Shown one piece after another: positions 26,822 to 35,800 of a stretch of 44,037 bases of DNA (position 1 is its first letter; each line of letters opens with the position of its first letter). The DNA comes from a virus. Lineage: Duplodnaviria; Caudoviricetes. The DNA lies in the IMG/VR virus record IMGVR_UViG_3300044268_005809, positions 1-44,037 of that record. One strand, 5' to 3'. The position numbers were made by a program, and so were the translations under genes. A model generated the notes under the pieces. That model saw only the letters and a program-made list of their open reading frames with translations, did no database searches and had not been told where the DNA came from.

Positions 26822-27476
26822 TCAGTACTTTACTCAAGTGCATGAAGATGCAATACTTGAATACATCTCTTGCAACAATAACAAGAGAAAAAATGATCTC
26901 TATCAAAACACGATTAGACCTGTATTTGTTGAGATGATCAACAAAATAGTTTTTACTTACAAGTTTGGTAGCTTACCAAATATTGATGCCCTAAAAGAAG
27001 AGTGCGAGATTCACCTTATAACAATACTTTCCAACTTTGATGAGAGCAAAGGCTCTAAAGCCTTCTCTTATTTCAGTGTTGTTACAAAAAACTGGTTTAT
27101 TGCTCGCGTCAAGAAGAACGCTATCCAAATGAAAAGGGAAGCAAAATATGACGAAATATCAAAGAAAGTAGAGATAGAATACCTTGCTACCTTTAATGAT
27201 TACGAAGAAGAGAGAAACAAAGACGAATTTATGTCTGGTTTTCTATCCGAAGTTCATAATTGGGAAAACAAGTTTACATTAAAAGAAAACGAAAAAAAGA
27301 TCCTTGAGGCAATAAAGATACTGTTTAGGGACGCCGAAGACATCGAAATTTTTAATAAAAAAGCTATTTATCTTTATATAAGGGAAATGACAAACCTGAA
27401 TACAAAACAGATTTTAAACAACCTGAAAAGGTTTAGGGGCGAGTATTCTTCTTATAAAAAGAAGTGGAACGAATGA
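26790..27476 (+). CDS. phage sigma factor, T4 gp55-like (late transcription)
   Basis: YFT...ECEIHLITILSNFDESKGSKAFSYFSVVTKNWFI resembles the sigma region 2 FDxxKxxxxFxYF pattern of gp55-like proteins. Start at ATG 26781 or 26790. Confidence 0.7.
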   Translation: MTKKKRKKKSNQYFTQVHEDAILEYISCNNNKRKNDLYQNTIRPVFVEMINKIVFTYKFGSLPNIDALKEECEIHLITILSNFDESKGSKAFSYFSVVTKNWFIARVKKNAIQMKREAKYDEISKKVEIEYLATFNDYEEERNKDEFMSGFLSEVHNWENKFTLKENEKKILEAIKILFRDAEDIEIFNKKAIYLYIREMTNLNTKQILNNLKRFRGEYSSYKKKWNE

Positions 27477-27760
27477 AAAAGCAAGACTTTACAGAATTAA
27501 CATCTGAAGCAATAAACAATATTAGAGAAGATCGAGAGCAAACAAAAGAACTCCTCCAGGATCTAATCAAATATTTGTCTGGTGCTGACGAACGTCATAA
27601 AGAGGTTGGAATAACCGCTGCAAAATACATGGAAACATTACAACGCTCAAATGAGCAATTGGTGAAGATTGCCTCTTTAAAGCAGAAAAACGAGGTTGGG
27701 GACACTTCTTTGTCAGAGCAGGAACGCGCAGAAATTTTTGACCAACTAAATAAAGAATAG
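27473..27760 (+). CDS. helical hypothetical protein
   Basis: ATGA overlap with the sigma gene stop. Amphipathic helical sequence. Confidence 0.7.
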   Translation: MKKQDFTELTSEAINNIREDREQTKELLQDLIKYLSGADERHKEVGITAAKYMETLQRSNEQLVKIASLKQKNEVGDTSLSEQERAEIFDQLNKE

Positions 27761-27762
27761 TC

Positions 27763-28908
27763 ATGGCTACGGATAAAGAAAAAGCGGAAAGGGTTGCAAG
27801 GATTAAACGTGAGGGAGACTACAAAATACAGTCTTCTACTACTTCTCAATTCCCTGAAGAAAAGCTTGAAACTCAAGATCAGTTTCTTGACAGGCTTTAC
27901 CGCATGGCTTTAGACAGTTATAAGCCGCAAAACAATATTATAAATGAAGAAGTTGTGGGAATGTGTATGTCTGTTGATAGAGATGTACCACCACAACCTG
28001 ATAGCAAAACGGACAAAATTAATCAAGTTTCCAACAATCCAAAAGATACAACAACATATTTTAGAGTTTATGTGCCAGGTATTGATGAGGCTTTTGCAGT
28101 TCCAGAAAATATTATAAATCCAGACGCAGAAGCGCGAGCCTTAATAGATCAGCTTTATTTATATGAACCAGACTCTACATCACTTCAAGTAATACCAAAA
28201 CCAGGTGATTGGGTAACTGTTATTCACCCTCATTCTAAAGGGTACTTAAATAAAGTCGGTCAATTTAGAAATATTGCTGCGGAAGGTGGCACTCCACCCG
28301 CAAAAACATCTGCAAAAAAGAAAACAGAAGAAGCAGGCAGAACTAAAAGAGCCAAAGCAGTTCCATCAAATATCCCAGAGAAGTCAGAATGTGAACAAGA
28401 TCCAAAGGGCGATTCGTGTGCATACGATCCAAGAGGAAAACTTTTGGGCAAAATTGAAACTTCAAAAATTACAACGCCCAATATAAAAAACGATAAAGAA
28501 AAAATAATGAGAACAGACGCAGCAGAAGCTTATGAGAGAATGAGAACAGCTGCAAAAACCCAAGGTGTGGATTTAAAAGCCAACAGTGCTTTTCGTACTT
28601 ACAAAAAGCAAGAAAAACTTTGGAAGGGGTGGAGTCAAAAAAAACCAGGATTTAATCCTGCTGCAAAACCGGGAAATAGCTATCATCAGTCTGGTATTGC
28701 TGTGGATATACAAACAGGCGGAGTCAAACAGCCAAAAAAGATTCAAAATGTCTCGCGTCTGCGTTACCCTGGAGTGACTAATGTTTATAAATGGTTAGCT
28801 AAAAATGCTGCTGAATATGGTTTTGTTAGAACAGTCGCATCTGAACCTTGGCATTGGGTTTATTTCGGTCCAGAAGAAGCTAAAAAACGACGACCTGTGT
28901 ATCAATAA
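27763..28908 (+). CDS. tail-associated peptidoglycan hydrolase with C-terminal M15 (VanY/LAS) peptidase
   Basis: SAFRTYKKQ, AKPGNSYHQSGIAVDI (SxHxxGxAxD), EPWHW. N-terminus may be a gp5-like OB-fold (inference). Confidence 0.82.
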   Translation: MATDKEKAERVARIKREGDYKIQSSTTSQFPEEKLETQDQFLDRLYRMALDSYKPQNNIINEEVVGMCMSVDRDVPPQPDSKTDKINQVSNNPKDTTTYFRVYVPGIDEAFAVPENIINPDAEARALIDQLYLYEPDSTSLQVIPKPGDWVTVIHPHSKGYLNKVGQFRNIAAEGGTPPAKTSAKKKTEEAGRTKRAKAVPSNIPEKSECEQDPKGDSCAYDPRGKLLGKIETSKITTPNIKNDKEKIMRTDAAEAYERMRTAAKTQGVDLKANSAFRTYKKQEKLWKGWSQKKPGFNPAAKPGNSYHQSGIAVDIQTGGVKQPKKIQNVSRLRYPGVTNVYKWLAKNAAEYGFVRTVASEPWHWVYFGPEEAKKRRPVYQ

Positions 28909-28917
28909 GGGGCTTAT

Positions 28918-29892
28918 ATGAGTTTTAAAAAAGCTAAAGATAATAAAGGATTAAATGAACAGAACAGAGTAGCTGAAGATGCTTTATCTAAAGAGCAAAA
29001 GGCTATCATCAGTGGCGTTAATTGTGGTATTGCGAAACAAGCTCTTATAGAAAGAAATTTAGGAGAATGCGAAAAAGAAATCCACAATCGAGAAAAATAT
29101 CAAAATTCATCTATTGTGTTTGGTAGAGACAGACCCCGCGCAATAAGCTCTGGATACGGCGGTCGTGGAGATACGCAGTCCGACATGATTGATATAGTTG
29201 TAGGTGTCCAGGGATGGAAACTTCATAGGGAAATGAGTGATAAAACAGCAGATGATCAACTCCCAATGTTTTATGAACCTGATTTTGCTCTTGATGCAGC
29301 GAGAATTTATATATCTCAAAAGACAGACGTTGATGAAAATTTTGTTTTAGCTCCTGGTAGTCAAGGAAGCCCAGGTTTAGAAGGTGTAAAAAGGCAGCCA
29401 AGATCTGCTATTGCACTTAAAGCCGACGACATAAGAATTGTCGCAAGACAAGGAATAAAGCTTGTGACCGGAACAGATAGTAAAAATTCTCAAGGAGGAA
29501 AAATTTTTGGCTTTGGTGGAATTGATTTAATTGCAGGTAATGATGCATCTGGGGTTCAACCTCTTGTAAGGGGAGATAATTTGGTAGAGTGTTTAAGAAA
29601 GATTCTTAAAATGATACAAGAATTAAAAGGGGCTGTAGAAGCTTTCAGAAATAATCAATCAATATTTAACGCTGCTATACAATCCCACACACATGTCTCT
29701 CCTTTCCAAGGTCAACAGGTTCTCACAAGTTTACCAGCAATGCAAGCAGGCTTTAACAATCAAATAAAGGATATGACTAACGTTTTTGAGTCAGTAAAAA
29801 ACATAACTAAAAATTTAGAAAATATGGAGAAAAACCATTTAAGTAAAGCAGGAGATAGTTATATAAACAGTAGATTTAATAACACCAATTAA
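28918..29892 (+). CDS. putative baseplate hub/spike protein
   Basis: Beta-strand repeats (ARIYISQ, IALKADDIRIVAR), PLVRGDNL, HTH (HxH) motif near the C-terminus. Lies between the lysin and gp25. Confidence 0.55.
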   Translation: MSFKKAKDNKGLNEQNRVAEDALSKEQKAIISGVNCGIAKQALIERNLGECEKEIHNREKYQNSSIVFGRDRPRAISSGYGGRGDTQSDMIDIVVGVQGWKLHREMSDKTADDQLPMFYEPDFALDAARIYISQKTDVDENFVLAPGSQGSPGLEGVKRQPRSAIALKADDIRIVARQGIKLVTGTDSKNSQGGKIFGFGGIDLIAGNDASGVQPLVRGDNLVECLRKILKMIQELKGAVEAFRNNQSIFNAAIQSHTHVSPFQGQQVLTSLPAMQAGFNNQIKDMTNVFESVKNITKNLENMEKNHLSKAGDSYINSRFNNTN

Positions 29893-29895
29893 ATT

Positions 29896-32800
29896 ATGGC
29901 AAGTGAAATAGATCCTAAAAAAGCACCATCATTAATAACAAAAGATTGGACCACAAACGACAACAAGAGTGAGCCATTCTATCTTCAATCTGAAGCTAAA
30001 ACAGTTAATGCTGAAGAGCTTCAACTAAAAGATAGATATGCAGTTACTGTTGTTACAAAATATAAATCTGCTGGCAAAACTCGCAAAGACTTATCCACAA
30101 GAATGTCAGAGCAAAAACAAGTTGCTCTTGATAGAATATTAAAATATTATGATAAGTTTGCTGAAAACAAAGAATCAATAGATGTAATCGCTGAAGAATG
30201 GGATATAAACGAAAGACCCAATTCAAGACTTAAAGTTTTATTATCGGTTCCCACTGATCAAATTGACCCGCTACCTTCATCAGCAGAAGGGACAGCTGGT
30301 CTTCAAAAGGCAGCTTTTAATAAAGAGATTAATGAGCGTCAGTTAAAGCCGAAGATAAACAACTTAAAAAATCTTTTAAATTTCTATGATGCAGAAACAA
30401 GAAAGCTTTATGGAAGAATCCCAAGAGTCAATTTTGCTGCACAAGCACAAAAATTAGATAAAATATATCCGGCACTTAAGGTGTTGGCAGAAGAAAACGA
30501 TGTCACCAGTATGACCAATCTTGATTTTATACTTGGTATGGATTCTGCTTATAAGATGCAGTACGTTATATCCAAAGAGGGCAAGTGCTTAAAGCCATTT
30601 GATAAAGGATTTTCTACATTTAGATCTTCTGCGGGATTTGCAGATCCAAGAACGAATTATTTTTTGTATAATATAGATGAACTTAATAAAGTTTGGGTAA
30701 GCAAATCTAAATTAGGCATTCAAGAATTTGTTGAAAGTTATGTTTTAAATCCTCCTAAAGTGGACTTTAGCTCTCTTAAGATGTTTAGTCCACCTAAATC
30801 TGAAGCTCTTGCTGATGCTCAAAATAAAGCAAATGAAACTACCTCAAAAACAGGAGCCGAAAAAGCAGAAGTTGCCGTTTCATTATTCCAAACCCGTGAG
30901 GAGGCTGCTGAAATATTAGAATCTGCATCAGATTTTGTCGGCGACCAAATAATTGGAAACTTAAGAGGTCTTGCAAATGTAACGAGAGATTTAGACGATC
31001 TATATGATCAGGTCTTAAATAAGGTTCCAATTAAGGGAATTATCGAATCTGCACTTGAATGTTTGGGTTTTAGAGGGCAGGACTTTTTAGGTCCAGCACA
31101 GCAATTTTTGGATGAAGCTGCAAATCTTGCATCTGAAATAAAATTAGGTGTTTTTGATATCCCAACAATTTATTTGAGAGATGACTTTCCTGTTGTTGAT
31201 TATCTTAAGCAGTGGGGTCTTGCTATTTCAAGAGCCGTTGTTTCTGCTTTGGTTAGCGTTCTTTTTGATCTTGTAATAGAATTGATAAAAATGCTTCTTG
31301 ATTTCTGCAAAGAGTGTGCTCTGGAAGGTCAAGGTAAAGCAAGATTTGATAATTTTAACTTTGGTGGATTGAGTGCTAATGCCGTCCTCGGAACAGGATT
31401 AGAGTCGTTTCTTTCAACTACTATTGGTAACATCCAAAATGCTTCTATCGCCTTACCCGGTGGTGTAAGAACTTCGATCAGTGAAGAGCAACAAAAACTC
31501 GCAGCACAAACAGAAAGATTTGCACAAAATCGTATTCTCACTCCTGGGCAAATAGATCCAAACCAAAGTCCGGCAGAGCAACAAAATATGATAAGGAAAG
31601 CAGAAGAGACAAAGCAACAAATGACTGATTTTCTTGCTGCCTCTTCCGCTGTATTAACTCCAGGTGAAATGGGTAATATGATGCTTGGCTGCGGAGTTAA
31701 TCGAGATGCAGTTAACACTATTAGAAACTTGGCAGGAAACTATCCCGCAATCCAATCACAATATCAAACAGACGATGATATTTTAGAACTATTTGAAGAT
31801 TTAGGTAAGATCGCTGGTTACTCAAATGTCCTTGAGGAAGTGACAAAAGTCACAGACAATCTTCCAGAAGAATATAAGTGTTTGTGTGATCCAGATGACA
31901 CAACATTAAGACAACAGCTTTTACAAAACAAAGATATGAGTCCAGAACTCATCAAAGAGCAAATTGATTCATCTCGCCAAAGAGCTAAAAAAAGATTGGA
32001 AGATCTAAATAACCTTCTTCAAAAAGATAATGTTTTAGATGATTCTCTTCCTCCATTTGAATGTTCCATAGATGAAAACGGAAACATTGTCCCTGGAATA
32101 GTTCCGAATAGAAATCCATATATTGATTTTGTTTTAGATACAAAATTAAACGCTTTGTATGATCCTGTCGCATCTCAATTCAATAAAGATGTAAGTAATT
32201 ATGTTCCTGCAACTGCACAATCAACTACAGTAGACGAGGTAGTTCCTCGTACCATTGAGAGAACAATTAATGGAAAGAAAAAAATTCTTTTCAACCCTGA
32301 TTTTCTTGATTTGGTTGGAAATGGAACTGTCGCATTCGGAGCACTACCTCCCGGTGCGGTTAATGCAGACGGAAACAGAATGAACAACTTGACATACCAA
32401 GGAGGTACAACTCTTAAGGATAGTTTTACATCTGTTCACTGGTTGGGTGATGATGTCGGAATTAGTCAAGAATATGGTGTTTCTATAGATGCAAACGATG
32501 ATGATGATGTTGATAAGCGTTCTATAGGCATGACTCAACCATATCCCGAGTCTGAAAGGTTGTATGAGCTGGCAAACACAAACAATAGATTTTACCAAAA
32601 CGCAGATCGCACAGCCATTGGAGGAAGAAACGATCCTGGTGGCTTCTACACAAAAACTTTTGGATTCTCTCCAGTTCCAATCTTAAGAAAAAAGAAAGGA
32701 CCAGAAGCCTTTGCACCCGGTTTTCAAGAAGTCTATAGAACGTTTTGTTTTGGAGATCGACCAGGACAACCGGCAAGAAAAATTCAAATTTCCCAAGAGC

Positions 32801-35800
32801 AGAATTTTCAAAATTTCAAATTTGAAGTGCCAAATAATGTCTTCTCAAATCTTGGAGTTGACATCAGCGTTCTCGCAGGATCTGTCGCTTCAGAATACTC
32901 TTCCCCAACAGGTGACAGCTCTCAAGCAGGTTTAGGATCGGAATCATCAATATATGACCTTTTAAAGAAAGTCGATGAGATGGGTCTAAACTTAAATTAT
33001 GTTGTCCCTTACAAATGGACCGAAGGTAAAGAAGAATATATATTCACCATAACTGTTGATAATCCTACAAACATTGAGGAGACAGCAGGAGGCATCCCAC
33101 CTGTCCTTTTAACAGCTCAAGCGGAAAGTTTTGACATAAACGAAAAAGCAGTTAAAAGTTATGAAGAAAGAAGCCTTTTGCCTCTTGATACCTCCGCTGA
33201 CATACAAAGTGCGGATAATAGAACACCTCAAGACAGGATGTTTGCAAACTTAATTGAAGATTCTTTGAGGAATGGTCCAACCATATTCTCTGCTTTAGAG
33301 AAAGTTACGAATAAAGAAGATTACCTGTCAGGACTACCATTTAATCTTGGATTTACAACCCCTGGTGCAACAGTCGGTGTTTTAGGAACAGAAGAGGTTA
33401 TTAAAAATGAACTCTATACAAAACATGCTTATAACGAAATATGGAAAGATATATTTTGCAGCTTCACAAATCAGATTGGTTCGGAAAGCAATCCGTATTT
33501 TAATTTAGAGAGCCTGCAAGATCTTGATTTGGCTCCTGCTAAATTAGCAGATCAGGAATGTCCTCCACACTTATTGGACATTGATGCTCTAAAGAATAGA
33601 ATAAGGGAAGAATATCAAGCAATTGAATGTTTGGAAGCTTCATTTCCAAATGTATCAGGGATTGGTTCATCTTCAAATAGTCCCTTCCAGAAATCCAATT
33701 TAGGTGGCGTAATTTTGCTTCTTTTAAGAACATATATCACAGAAATGTTCTTGAAGTGTCTTCACATCTTCTATTGGTTTAAGTACAAAAAACCAGAAGA
33801 TGTTGATAATTTAATGGTGCTTTATGTCTCCCGGTTTATAACGTACAAAATCGAACAAGAAGGGTTTATTACAGAGTTTGAAAAAGAAATCATTGACCTT
33901 TACGAAAGAAATGTTTCTTTATTTGAAGTGCAAGAGATCAAAGAGAAATATGGAGATTACAGTCCGCAAGAGTATGATATTGCATTAAAATTTTTAGTTA
34001 GACAGCAAATATGGGCAGTGTCTAATAGGATGTCGCGTGTTGTTGATTCTTCTGGTGATACCTCTGTTGATGCAATTTTGCTTGAAAACTGGATAAGGTT
34101 TGCTGATATTCAAAAAGAAGCAGGGGAGGCGAGATTAGATAAGCCTTGTAAGTCTTTATCAGAAGATTTAGAGTATCTTGATCCAAACATGCTAAACGCC
34201 GTTATCAACGGTGAACTCTCAAGTCGAAAAATAAAAGAGGCGGGACTTCAAGCATATATCTCGCCTTTGGGATATTTGTTTAGAAAATATTTTAATGTTC
34301 AACCAACCGGTCCAACAAACGGTCAAGTATCAGCAAATGGCGATAGTAATTCTTATGATTCAGCTGCATACAAAAAGAATACTTGGTCATTATCGCCGGA
34401 TATTGCGTCATATGCTAATTCATTAAAATTACAGAATAGTGAATTATCATATACCATAGGAAATGAAACCCTGGGTGCATCTCGTACCGGCACAAGCTAT
34501 CCAACGTATGGAAGTATCAGCAGAGAGAATTGGCTATTGATAAGTTCAGGTCTTATGGACTTTAACAGTTCTGAACCGAATCCACTAAACTACGACTTTC
34601 TTTTAGATAATTTTGATATCTTGGATACTGTTTTAACGTACCAGTACGGAATCTCAAGTGAAGAAAAAGAAGCTATGAAAACTTCAATTCAATTAATGGC
34701 AGTTGCAGCAAACCCTGCTGTGTTTACTGAAGGAGATGTAGGAGATATTGGCTCTCATAGGACATTAAATGGCGAACTGTTTTATCCGGGGTATTATTTA
34801 AATAAATCATTCCAGCCGAACTCTTTAAATGTTCCGCCACCAATTCAGTTTCCAGATGCCAGTACACGTGATTTGTCTTTACGTAGAAGTGCTGTAATAG
34901 AAAACGCTTTCGGCTTCTTGCTTGGAAATTCAAAGTTTGATTATGGATATCGAGCTTATAGTCAAGGTTCAAATTATCAAAGTAACTTTGAATTTGCAAC
35001 TAATGGTCAGGCAACTTCTCTTGTGTTTAATGGAAGTGCATTTTTCTATGACAGCTCACGTTATCAAGTCGTTAATGATGTTTATGCCCCCCATATTAAC
35101 CAAGCAGGAACTCCAAGGGGAGATGAAAACATAAGAATTTTAACAACTCCAGGTGCAGTAAGAACAGTTATGTTGGATAATGAAACTTGCGATAGGATTC
35201 AAGATTGGCAAAACGGCAATGACGATTGGGGATATGCTGGAGATGATTATAATAATACAGCCCCAGCCTTTAATCGCACTGAACCAGTTTTTAGAATTTC
35301 TAACGATCAAAGATACATACAAATTGGACAAAGTTATTTTAGCAATGGCAATGGAACAAGGTTTTTACCAGTTTTAGTTGAAAATTTTGCACCTCGTTAT
35401 GTTTATGACTTTTTTGGAAATGAATTTAAATTTATTTGGAGATATTACACAGAAAGCGACAGAGACTATGCATCAAGCACAAGAGCTTTAGGATTCAGAA
35501 TTTCAGGAGATCCTTGGGTCTATAGAGGACCAGAAAGAGTTTTTCAACCTCATATAAAATATAATCAATTAGATCTTGCAGGAAGCACAAATAATAATTC
35601 AAATTATTCTTCTAATAGCAACCTTTTGGTTAAAGAAGAATCAACAGCTATTTTTGCTATGCCATCATCAAATAACACTGTTCTAAACCCAGACGGAACC
35701 AGAGGAGGTTTACACGCGAGACTTTTTTATCAAGGCGTTGGGTATGTAGATTTAGGGGTTCCTCAAATAGGTCAATCTCCATACCTTTCTTTGATGGATT

